From positions 21,700,001-21,764,000 of the forward strand of contig OZ024748.1 of assembly GCA_964016885.1 (NCBI GenBank): a DNA stretch of 64,000 nucleotides, read 5' to 3'. This DNA comes from Eledone cirrhosa (taxonomy: Eukaryota). Numbering within the stretch: the first letter of the stretch is position 1; each line of letters starts with the position of its first letter. Under the pieces are notes generated by a model that saw nothing but the letters and a program-made list of their open reading frames with translations, was not told where the DNA came from and did no database searches. Both the position numbers and the translations under genes were made by a program. Below are positions 41,201 through 54,900 of this stretch, one piece after another.

Positions 41201-44200
41201 GTGGTGGTAATAATGATGGTAATAGTAGTGACAACGATGAAGATGATGATAATGATGTTGACAATGGTGACAATGATGTTAAAAGAAAAATGAAAACAAA
41301 CCTATCTTCTGGATCAAAGCAATTATCACTCCAATGTGGGAGGATATAGCCAGTTGGACCACTGTTTACATCAAAGTAAATGTGGTACTTGTTGGAATGA
41401 ATCTCAGGACAATCTGTTATCCTGAACACAGACTTGAAACCAATTCCTTTTTGACCTAAACAGAAACCATTCAAAATAAACTGTAGTGGAAATATGACAT
41501 TTATAGAGAAACTTGGATATATTCAATTACTCTGTGGGAGAATTATTTTAGCCATTAAACTGTTAACTTTACTTTATCAGTATTATCATTTAATATTCTC
41601 CCTGCTAGCAAGGGTTGGATGGGGCTTCACAGACTCAGTATTCAAGTGGAGATTGGATGGGGACCAGCATCTCACTTACATATATACCTGTGCTCTACTG
41701 TGTGCATTTTATCATGGCACCAACACTAATGAGGCCGTCATGTCTTTGTCACAATTGAAAGGTCCTCCCAACCCTTTGTATTTATATGTCATTTATTTCC
41801 AGGTATATAAAAAGTTGTCACATTGTCTGTGACTTGGTCAGCTTGCCAGAGAAATACATCTCCAAAACTTGGATATATTGCTGTCACAATAAATCTGATC
41901 TACTCAACACAAACAGATCTAAGTCCTATACCAACTGATATGTAAGAAACAATCCACAGATTCAACATCTTGGACATACAGATATAAGATGTATGAGGAG
42001 TTAGTTTTATTTGAATATTATAATTTTAATTAGTATTAGGAAGGGTATCCAGCTGTAGAAACCAAGCCAAAATACAGATCTATATGATATAGGAAAGACA
42101 TCCAGCTGTAGAAACCAAGCCAAAATACAGATCTATATGATATAAGAAAGACATCCAGCTGTAGAAACCAAACTAAAATACAGATCTGTATGATATAGGA
42201 AAGACATCCAGCTGTAGAAACCAAACTAAAATACAGATCTGTATGATATAGGAAAGACATCCAGTTGTAGAAACCAAACCAAAATACAGATCTGTATGAT
42301 ATAAGAAAGACATCCAGTTGTAGAAACCAAGCCAAAATACAGATCTATATGATATAGGAAAGACATCCAGCTGTAGAAACCAAACTAAAATACAGATCTG
42401 TATGAACAAGATGTGGTCTCCTGACATGACATGTCTCATAACATGACAACTCATCTAATCCATGCAAGCGTGGAAAAATAGTCATTAAATAATAATGATG
42501 ATGATGATGATGAAGCAGTGTTTCCATACTGGCTTTACTGAGGCATATTCTATCTTATTTAGGATTTAATACAATATACATGTGGTATTCTCTCTTATTT
42601 AGGATTTAATACAATATACATGTGGTCTTCTATCTTATTTAAGATTTAATACAATATACATGTGGTCTTCTCTCTTATTTAGGATTTAAGACAATATACA
42701 TGTGGTCTTCTATTTAATGTTGGTAGAAAGTTTGTTGAAGTAGAAATGGCTTCTACAAATGTATATACACAAGTATATATACGGGTATGTTTATATACAC
42801 AAGTATATATACAGGTATGTCTCTGTACATACATACATTCTAAACTAAATAGGTTTGTAAAATAACCATTGTTTAGTATATGGCTGATATTTAGATATAT
42901 TTCCTGAACAATTTTATATTTAACTCTTTATCATTTAAACCGACAATATCCGGCCAGAATTCTCTCACCTCTTTCTGTTCAAGTTGCTCGTAACTTACTG
43001 CTCATACTGATGTTAAGGTATTGTTCTCAAAATAAATAACATCAAAATATCATAAATTCGATATTATGTGAGATAAAACCTTTACCCACCAAAATACAAT
43101 AGTATTTATAGAGTAATGTTAAAGGGTTAAACAACACTGCTTTTTGCAGCACTAATTACTTTAGATTAAGATATGAAATATCAAACTCACCAATATAACC
43201 AAATTTACGTTTTTCTTTGGTACTCTTGCCAACATCACAGATGGCTCGAATATTTTTTTCCTTAAAACCAACCTCATTGTTTAGAATAGTCACTGAACTA
43301 CTATTTATACAGAACTTCACTGAGGGGCTGTCTGTTGAATCTTTAGAAGAAAACTTCTCTGGGTAGGTGTTGTCATCAGCATTTTGAATTAATTCCAACA
43401 CAAAATGAGAATCTTTACTATACAAGTCTTTAGATAATCTATCTAAACTACGACCTAGACGTTCTTGTTGTCGATCAATCAACTTCTGGCCATCAGCATT
43501 GAGTTTAATGCCAAGACCAAATTCTTCACGACGGATTGTTTCAATCAAAGCCCTCTGTGGGCAGATTTCTTCTTCCTTTTTCTCTTCAGGTAAAATCTCA
43601 CACTGTGTATTATTAGCATCTTCTGTATCACTTTCTTCATTTTCTTCATCAATTACAATAACATCTGTAAGAAGAAAAAAGATTTTTTTTCAAAATGCTA
43701 CTCAATTTGAAGTTGAAAATCTTGAAATATAAAGATAAAGATTTATTAACATACAAATGTACCAAGATTAAGATATAACATAGAAAGAAACTCAACATTT
43801 ATACACACACACATATCTATAACATGTTTAATGATGCTACCCATCTAACCACGGAAAATAGATGTTAATGATGATGTGTCATGTTCTGAGACATTAACAA
43901 TAGAAATAACATAGAACTGTACAAATATCACAATATACAGAACTCAACATTTATACACACATATCTATGATAATATCATCATTAACATCGTCATATTAAC
44001 GTCCACTTTCCATGCTAACAAGGGTTGAACAGTGGGTCATGTTCTGAGACATTTACTCTAACTTTACAGTTGATAGATTAACAATAGAAATAACATAGAA
44101 CTGTACAAATATCACAATATACAGAACTTAACACATATATGATAGCATGGAAAAATAAAAAACACTAAATAGAGAAAACAAAAAAATGTAAATACAGATA

Positions 44201-44424
44201 AACTAAAATTGATTACCAGAATTTTTATCTGATATAGCTTCAGGTTGATCATCATCCAATACCTCTACAGTCTCTGTTTCTGGAACTATATTTGTTATAG
44301 CTACAGTCTCATCTTCAGAAAAGTATATACTGTCTTCAGTGTCAGATTCTATGTGCTCATCCTACAGAGGAAAATAAAGAAAACCTAATTGGTAGTAATA
44401 TGTTCTATACACAAACATTTAGTT

Positions 44425-44488
<64 letters not shown>

Positions 44489-47400
44489 CGTGTGTGTTTG
44501 TATATATATGTATGTGTTTGTATATATATGTATATATGTGTGTATATATATATATATATACGTGTGTGTGTGTATATGTATATATGTATATATATATATA
44601 TATACGTGTGTGTGTGTATATGTATCATCATCATCATCATCGTTTAACGTCCATGTTCCACGCTTGCATGGGTTTGGACGGGAGTTTTCCCACTTGAGGC
44701 AAGAGTGATTGTCTTGCTCGCATAGGACTGTCAGGCGGGTTTTCTACAGCTAGATGCCCTTCCTAACACCAACCACATTTACCGTGTTACCTACACGGCC
44801 ACATTACAGCATGGACTATGTGTTTTTTTGTCGTGACACCTACACGATCTCATTTGTTTCAGCCTGGATGTTGTGGCACCAACATAACTTTACATTGAAA
44901 GGGGCGGTGTGGATGGGGTGGTGGGACGGGGGTGTATTTTGTTAGAGATGCCTACTGACTGTAGTAGGTTTTACTTTGTATTTAGGTAAGGCGGGTCTTC
45001 TCTATTACTGAGTACAGCCAAAGATCTCGGTATATATGTGTATATGTATATATATATATATATATATATACGTGTGTGTGTGTATATGTATAGATGTGTG
45101 ATTATATATATATATATATATATATGTGTGTAAATATTTTCACATTCAGTTGGAAATATTTTGGAATCCAAATATTCATATACCATATATACTTGAATAT
45201 AAGCAGGCTCCACTATTTTATGCCTGAGAAATAGGCAAAAATCCAAAGCTTTTTTTACATAGAATTTGAAGTTGGTGAAAATCGTCAAAATATTGACCCC
45301 AAACATAAGCTGAACACCTTCTACCATTGATTTTTTTTGGTCACATATTCTTCAGCTTATATTCGAATATATAGGGTAATTACACACCACCAATGGTTGT
45401 TTGAGTGTTTAGGTACATGAATAGATGCCAAAGTCTGTTACAGTTCATAAAGGTATTATATGAATTGCAAAAGTATGACAAGGATGGCTAAATACTAATG
45501 TTGGTGTCAAGCATTTAGCATAACCAGGCAATTAGTTAATTAAATACACTGATATTCATTGCTCTTTCTGGTTATCCCCACCCAGGGTTGCCAGATAAAT
45601 TTTATAAAAAGTAACACAAAATTGTCAAAGTAAGTAGTCCAAAATAAAAATTTTGATAGTAAATAGAAAAATATATAAATAAGGATTACCTGTAGATGGA
45701 TTCTAATTTACTCAGTTGATAATTTAATATTATAGTCAACAGGATTCTTATGTTTAAAAATTATCTTGGGTATCTATCATTAAAACACTCAAGAAACCTC
45801 CTATGAGATGTAAACTTAACTGGTACTTTATTTTATTGACCACAGAAAGATGGAAGGCAGGATTTGAACTCAGAATGTAAAGAACCAGAACAAATACCTC
45901 AATGATATTTTATCCAATGATCTACCAATTCTGATAATCCATCCCCCTCCAGAATGGTAAAAATATTTATTGTTTAGAAGTTTCATTTTTAAACAAGGTG
46001 TCTTCATATCATAAACAATTTCTATAATAAAGGATTATTTCCTGAGAAGTTACTATAGAAATTAAGACCCACTAGGAACTGGGAGACAACTTTGAAATAT
46101 ATTAGCGCTCTAGTCTTTCTTGTTTATCTTTTCCATGCCAAAAGCAGCCCTGGAAACGCCTAACCCTAATATTGCCACGCTTACCATAAATATTAAATAT
46201 TTTATATCAGTCATCTAAGACCTAACAAGTACTAGTAAAAATATATATTAAATATGTTGCCATCCACTCTGACTATAACTTTTCATACAGAAGGCCACCC
46301 TGGTGATTTCCCTGCAGTAATTTCGCTTCAATGTTTTGAATATTCCAAGAATTTGTTCGGAAATTTCAACTTACCAACTCTAGGTCATATAATATATCAT
46401 CTTTTCTGTTGCAAATTAAATTCAAGAGAAGAAAATATCCCTGAAACCTACCTCAAATTCTTTATCTGATTGCTGATCATCTTCCATTTCAGCTATAGTT
46501 TCAATTTCAGATGTCACGAAAGAACCTTTCATTTTATTTAAATCACCTGTCCACTCAGCAATGCCAAGAAAACATCCCAAAGTTTCAAGACGATTGGTCT
46601 CCTGTATATTTTGACGGTTCTGCCACAGAACAAGCTTAGATTCTGTTAAGCCAAGAACTTTCCCAAGTGGCTCCAGGAACATCTTTCAAAACAGAAATAA
46701 AATAGAAATATTATTACAAATTCATTACTTCTCAAAATAGAATATATCTAAATTAGTATTTTTCATTATTATTCAATAACAAGTTCACAACCACAGAACA
46801 GAATTACTATTACATAGTCACCATTGTGGAATTATTAGAATTTTAAACCCCTGTTCCACAGCTAGACACCCTTCAGAATGTAAACACTATTATTAGAGTT
46901 TGAAACCACAGTTCCACAGCTAGACACTCTTCAGAACACAAACACTATTCATAATTCGTATAAACTGAAATTCCGACCAAAGGTAATGTTCTCAGCCAAA
47001 CTGGACTCTTTAGGTTATATAATAACCAACATCCATCATATTTACCCTTTAACAGTAAACAACAATACACCTTTATGAAGGATATATCTGACCATGAGCA
47101 TAACTCCTCAATACAACTTAAAGCAAGTTGTTAATTAATCTGGTGATATTTATTTGGTTCACAGATGAGCCCCTTTACATAAATGTTGTTTCCCTATTTG
47201 TCCTGGTGGAACAGATTTTAAAAATCCTAATCTTTTCCAGTCTATTTCTTCATGTTGCTAAGTTTTCAGACAACAACCATTATTTCCAAACACCACTTCA
47301 ATAAATAAAAATGTTATAGTTGAGTTACGAAACCAGCCTAAATTCAGAGTTATTATTTTCTTGGTGGATTGGCAGTATCGGTAGAGAGTCGGACACCATG

Positions 47401-48930
47401 CTTTAAAGCATAGAGTTACGTCCCTTTATGATCGGAGTTCAAATCCCACCGAGGGTAACTTTGCCTTTCATCCTTACGGGGTCGATAAAATAAAGTACCA
47501 GTAATGTACTGGGTAATTGCTGGCCTTGTGCCTAAAATAGAAACAATTATTTTCTTAAAGGACAGTGGATTGGCAGTATCGGTAGAGCGTTGGACAATAT
47601 GCTTTACATTGTGAGTTGAGACTCTGCTGAGGTTAGCTTCACCTTTCATCCCTACAGGGTCGATAAAATAAAGCACCATTAATGTACTGGGGTAAATTTA
47701 ATCTACTTTCCCCTTCCCCAAATATTGTTGGCCTTGTGCCTGGGTCAGAAACCATTAGTTTCTTAAACACAACAATTGATTATATAGCCAACTGATGTAT
47801 ATATATATATAAGTATCCATATATAAAAGAGTCTCACCTTATTTGCAACAGACACACAAATTTTAATGGGTAAACGTACTAAACAGTCCAATACAAACTT
47901 AGCAGGGTTGCCAATATATTTTTCATTATCTAGAAATATCAAAAGATAACAATGATCAGAAAGGTTATTCTTGTGGAAAAAAAGTATACAAGAGCCAAAA
48001 TATATATATTTAAATATAGACACAAATATCTATGAATAGATTATACACACCAACACTTTATATCTGAGATCATTCACATCTTTGCATTACTACTACCATA
48101 GCCCACATTTACATGAAAACCGTCTGATAGGTCCATAAACAAACCTTTATAAAAGTCTTCCAGTTCCAAACCTTCACTTTTCTATGTTCTCTCTCTTCCT
48201 TTGCTACACAGCTCTATGGTACTTGCCAGTTGTATCTCATCTACTCTTTCAATCTGATTCTCTTTAAATAGTCCTTCATTTTTAGGGTTTTCACGATGAA
48301 AACCTCCTTTGCCTTCTTATCTGTTACTATAGTACACATATTTCCAACTCATCAAGCATGTATAAATGGTCTCCTAGTTTTAATAATTTATTTTTCCTCC
48401 CAGGGAGGTTCATTGTTGAGCTGTACCAGTGATATGAACATGATGACATGATGGCTATTATAGATAAGGAGAAGAAAATCATCCATTCTTATCTTACATT
48501 GCAGCAATAAAAGAAAATATTTGAAAACAACTTACCTTGTTTGTTGTTAGTGTCATTATTTAATGTGAAGAGAAGTGTCAGTATGATATTGGAGAGGTAG
48601 GCAAATGGTGTCATAGCCAGACCTTTATTGTGGACAATGAGGGAAACAAGATGACCACAAATGTTGACCATATCAATCCTAGAACATGCAGAGGAGAACT
48701 TATCTACTGAAGTTTCACTGACAACTTTTAAATATTTTCCTGGTTCAGTCTCAAGGACCATAAAATCAGTACGTACTGACTTTCTACCACCTGTAACAAA
48801 TAATGATATATATAAGCAAGGAAAAGTGGACGTAAAATGACGATGATGATATATATATATGTATGTGTGTGTATATCTAAACCCATGCTAGCATGGAAGA
48901 TAGACGTTAAATGTTGATGATGATGATATA

Positions 48931-48962
<32 letters not shown>

Positions 48963-51900
48963 AAAACTTCCTAACAAACTGATATCATTGATAAACATGA
49001 GGGTACCTGAACTTTGAGCCCAAGTTGCACACCCAAAATGTATAATATCTCACCTGTTCGACAAATTTACTCAGGATCTTAAGTAAAAGAAGATCTCTTA
49101 AATATCTCCACATTTAGTGTCAAATTTATTTCTATTTCACCAAGTAAGCAATCTCTAAATTTCACTAATATTGTAAGAGTAATCTTAATATCACCTTTAG
49201 TAAGATATTTTACCTGTTTACAGCAATACTAAATATCAATCACAGGTATGAGATGTATATCAACAAGATTTAACTAATTTATGAAATATCACCTTTAGTA
49301 AGATATTTTACCTGTCTACAGCAATACAAAATATCAATCACAGGTATAAGATGTATATCAACAAGATTTAACTAATTTATGTAATAGATAACACACAAAT
49401 AGTAATGTTTGAAAAATTAACAAATGTAGATCGGATTTGATCAATATTACCATCACTTATACACATTACCAAACTAACCTAAACATACAACAATATCAAG
49501 CAGTCTTTAAAACCATTTCTGTATTAACTGAAATGAATAATGAACAAGAAAAATCAAAACATACCATCAAGTTCTATGTATTTCTCTCCACCATATTTGT
49601 GTACAAAGTCAAGCAGCTTTCCAAATTGTGGTTCAAATACTAAAGGCCAATGAGACCAAGCAGATATGTCTTCAAGTAATGGACAATTATGTAATGTTGC
49701 AAGAGCAGTTTCTTGACTCTGATGCCCTAATATTCCAACCTTGGCAAGGGTAATATTCATTGATCTGAAAACCATATGAAGTAGTGACAGTCATTCTTAG
49801 TCAATGGTAACATATGTGAAGTAGTGACATTTATTTTTAGTCAATGGTAACATAAAGAATGCCACAGTATTGAAATATGCAGGTCACATCAAGCTGTACC
49901 TTGAGATAAAAAGGACAAATCCTGAACACTATAGATCTTTCCTGCAATCAGACCTGGACACAATGCAACAAGGATCACCGACTAGCAACTCAAGCTGGCT
50001 GTGGACAAATGTACCACCATGCATTTTGGGAGGAAAAACACAGCGTACACATACTCCCTCGACAACACTGATATCAAGAAGTCTTCTTGTGAACGTGACC
50101 TGGGCATTACGGTCAGCAGCGATTTGCGTTGGACAAAGCACGTCTCTAAAATTGTCAAGAAGGCCGAGGGTGTTTTAGCATCACTCAGCAAGACCTTTGT
50201 CAGCCGCTCTCCAGCTATCTATTTAAAGCTGTATATAACTACGGTGCGGCCACACTTAGAATTTGCATCACCAGTCGGGAACCCCTATCTTGCTCAGAAC
50301 ATTGACCTCCTGGAAACTGTTCAGAGATGTGCAACCAAGCGAATACCCTCCATCAGGCATCTACCATACTCTGAACGCCTTGCTTCCCTGGGCATGGATA
50401 CATTGAAGCTCCGACGTCTGGCAACTGACTTGGTTAACACCCACAAAATTATTAACCATCTTGCCAACAACAACCCTGAGCACCTTTTTGATTTCCATGT
50501 GTCTAATACACGTGGACATGCCTACAAAGTCAGAAAATAGCCCAGCTCCCATGACTTTCGGAAACATTTTTTACATTCAGAGTTGCTGAAGCATGGAACA
50601 AACTACCTGCATCAGTTGTTAGCTGCCGAGACACTGCATCCTTTAAAACCATGCTTCCTGAAATTCGGCAGCACTATACCTGATATTTTCCTTCCATACA
50701 CACATGTATATCACAACTCATACACTGTTCATTTTCCTGACAATTGTACATTATTCTATGTACTATACATAGAGTTGTATTGCACCTGAGCACTGTACAC
50801 AATAATTTCATTATTATATGTAAAATGGTGACATTTATTATTAGTGAATGGTAACATATGTAAAATGGTGACATTTATACTCAGGCAAAGCTTTTTATTA
50901 AAGTGTGTGTGATTAAAATTATTGAAACAGGACAGTATTACAGCTGTTTCTATCATCATCCATTCCAAAAAGTGTACTGGAAGCCCTCAGTCGTTTCTGA
51001 CAATGAGTGCTCTAGTTGATTTAATCAACAGAATTACCAGCTCATGAAATTAATGTGTAAGTGGCTGAGCATTCCACAGGCATAAAGCTCATACAGTAAA
51101 GTACTTTTGTTGCTATAGTTTGAATTCTTTGATATATCAGTTCAAAATTTAGACCACCCCTTAAATATAAAATAGAGTCAGCCAGTCTCGACTGAATTTC
51201 TCAACCTGCTAGAAATGGCTGCCAAATTACACCTTACAAAGTTGAAGAAAATGTAAGAGAAAAATGTGAATAATGTTGGCCTAGATTCTAGGCCAGCATT
51301 ATCCAAATTTTTCTCTAGGCCCAAGATACACAAAGCCTAAATAAATATAGTTTAGTCAAGATTATAGGTACATTCAACCAGGAATGACTTGAGGTTAAAC
51401 ATAAATAATATCTAGATAAAATACAATAAGAGAGAACTTAAACAAATGATTATAAGAAGGACAGTAGAACTTTTACCTTTCTTGTGAACAGAGTGCAGCT
51501 TCATAAAAGACATGCGGTGCTGGATGTGGTTTTTTACTGGCTAAATCAACTATATGCTGGATAGTACCAAGACCAATTCCTTTTAAGTTATTCACAGTAT
51601 AATGATGGCAGAGAGCATTTTCAATCAAATTATTCTGGAAATATAACATAACTCAATGATTAAATTATAATTTAAGGGTGAAGTTGATTAAATAAACCCC
51701 AGTACTTGACTGGTACTTTGTTTTATTGACCATGGAATGATGAAAGACAAATTTGACCTAGGTAGGATTTGAACTCAGAACATAAAGAACCAGAAGAAAT
51801 ACTGCAAAACATTTTTTCCATGGTTTAACTGATTCTGCCAAACCACCATCTTCACAAGATAATACAAAACTACCTAAATGCAAGAAAATGTTTTAAAACA

Positions 51901-54900
51901 ACTTACTTGTGTTGTGCAGGAATCTTTACACTGAACTATAAAGTTACAAACATCTGCCAGTGAAGCTTTATATACACCAATTCCACTCTTGTCACTGTCA
52001 GAAGATGTTCCAGAGATTGTAAGACCAGCTTCATCCAAAATCTAGAAACAAGAAATGTTCCATAAACTCAAGAAAGGAATAGTGTATGTAAAAGGCTGAC
52101 TATAAAAACAAAAACAAAAACTAATGTTTATTTGTAATATCAACTAAACTACCTACTCCTTCATATTTTAATGATTTAACAGAACCTATTAGCTAATTAT
52201 GTTCTCATGTTTTTTAAAAATAAAAGTAGATTTTAATCAACTTTCTTTTCATAATTAGCCTACAATTTATGTATTGAAGTACCATATATATCCAAATATA
52301 AGCAAACCCCCGCTATTTTATGTCTGAGAAATGGGCAAAATTTCCAAACCCCATTTATAAGCCGAAGCAGCTAATCAACACATTGTTTAGATGGCACATA
52401 TAAGCCAACCCCCCTCCCATTTTACCAACAATTATTTGGTCACATATTCCTCAGTTTATATTTGAGTATATACGGTAACTGTAGTCGTCATAGCTACTAC
52501 AAATATCACCACTACTATTAATAGAGAAGCCACTTACTTTTTTTATCGACATATTATTCTGGAGGAATGAAAGAAATCGTCCATAACCCATATTGGAAAA
52601 GGTTGTCATGTTAAATTCTTCCAGTAACTTCTCTTCAATTTTGTTGAAATGATTCAAATTTAATGTCCCTGAAGACATGTATTTTTCCAGATATTTTTTC
52701 AAAGATTGAAGTACTTGTTCTGAAAAATAAAGGTAGAATATATATACAGTATACCCCTGGCATTCATGGTCCTGGTTATTCGCGGAATTTCCCTTAGAAC
52801 TTAATTAATAATTGTTCATGGAAACCACCGGATATTCACGGAATCGTAAATATCTTCCGCAATTTTTTTAATGCCTTTTTTTGAGGCAATATATATTTTT
52901 TTAACCCTAAATTATTAATAACAATACACCATATTTGCCAGCCTATTGGACGTCCCATTGCATAAGATGCTCCCTCTTTTTTTTATTATTATGTTTTGAC
53001 GTTTATAGGCATGTTTATGGATCACGTCCAATATACGTGGTTTTTCACTCTTTGCAGGTGCTCTAGGAATGTAATCCCTGCAAATACCAGGGGATAACTG
53101 TATGATTTTCTTATTCCTCCTAAAAACTTGATCCAATCACTAAATTATGATTTCTCATTAGGCACAAAACCAATTTTTCTGACATGTCCCTTAACTTTAT
53201 CTTCATAGGGTTTATGAAGGACAAATCATCATGGTGACTAAATTCTTTTCCAAGTTATACCCACAGACAAGCTGAACTAAATACCTGTCAATTATACAGT
53301 CCTTTTGTTAATTACATTTCTAGGTCACCTAGGTAACAAAAGCTATCCAAAAATTATAGATTGTTTCTGAAAATTGCTAAAATTGAAGCATTGGGATGTA
53401 TTTATTTTTCAAGAAATGTTTGTTAATAAATATTTTAAAAAGCTTGGCCACAAGATAGGAGACAACTCATTTTATCATGTGAGTTTGTGGAGTTGCAAAG
53501 ACAAATAAATCAGAGTCTTTGCAGTGGACACAATGCCAAGATACAATCTCTCACCTGGTTGTCTAGTATTCTTTCTACAGTCAACTCTCCTCAATTTTAG
53601 TAGAGAAATAGTAAACAGTTAATACATAGAAGTAGTATATAGTTGAATGAGGGCTATAGGCACCTAACAATAACAATAGTTAAAAATTTAGAGGTTGCCC
53701 TACTAAAGTATTTCAAAATCTTACCTTTTGGAGGAGGGGGCACTTCATTCTTGTTAGTTTCATTTACTGGGGACTGAGGACTTCGTTCTAGAAATTCCAG
53801 AGCAGTTGCTTGTAGTTCAGTACTACTAACACAAATAGCAACATGAAACACAGTCTTAGCTAGATCATGACTACTTATTTGCTGAAAGAAATTATTAGAA
53901 ATCTCTATAAATTTTCTTTTTTGTTTCTGTTCAAATATAGTTCTAGGTTCATAAATTTCAAGCAACAAGCATAGCCGTTCAAATATCTCTTTTAGAGCAG
54001 CATCAGCTGACATTTTAGCATAGTGCTCCTTCAAATATGTTTCATTTTGTTTTGTTGCAAGAATATAACCACGGAATTTATTGAAAGCGCTTTGTATTTC
54101 TTCAATTAATTTGAACTTCATATCATCAAAGACTTTCTTGGTAAGGGCTGAATCATCTTTCTGGGCACGTTTTATGACCTGTAACAGATGACATTGTATA
54201 AATGTATTTAAAATAGAAAGAATTAACACTGGAATAAAAATAGGTAAAACAATTCCAATATTTAAATAAACAAAGATATCCTTACCCCAATAGCAAGTGG
54301 GAGGCTTCTCAAGCGAATCCCAAGTTGAAATGGATCATTGTAATAAAAAGCTTTTGTCAAATAAGACATAACTTCAGGCATTTCGTGTTTCTTATACCAA
54401 TTATTCTCATTAAGGAAATTTCTTATATTATCTAAAATATCCATTGTAGTAAGGTCTGGGTAGCTTTCTTCACCAGGAGGAAATTTAAACAAATCAAAAA
54501 TAATTTGCATCTTATGAAAAGGACCCAGTTTTAAACTTTGAAAGGAATTGCTTTCGTTCACATAAAGTGTAACACATTCTTCTAGTTCTTTCAGTGTGCA
54601 TACAGACCGAACTGTCACAAAGGCTTGAATATAAGCATTTACTTTACATGCCATACGGTTATGCTCATGAACTGAAGGCAAATAATCTAAATTACGGATA
54701 CCAACTTCACGGATATTTCTCTTTCTAAGACGTTTAAGGAAAAGATTTTCAATAGCTTGAGCAGATACATATTCCTTATTATCAGCAAGTATTTCAATAC
54801 ATTCTTTGGCTATTTTATCAAGCTGTTCTTTAGACAGTGTCTCCCCAGGAGCAATATTTAAGGGAGGTATTACAATTTCTTTTTCATTTGTTTTTGGTGG

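Noticed and set aside
42036-42454. Repeat ORFs WFLQLDVF...
   Set aside because: Antisense translation of the 53-bp array
39552-43664. True sacsin (SACS), MORC or Hsp90 gene
   Set aside because: Single ATPase module, no DnaJ/HEPN or CW domain seen, and a C-terminal DUF3883, which fits NO VEIN instead
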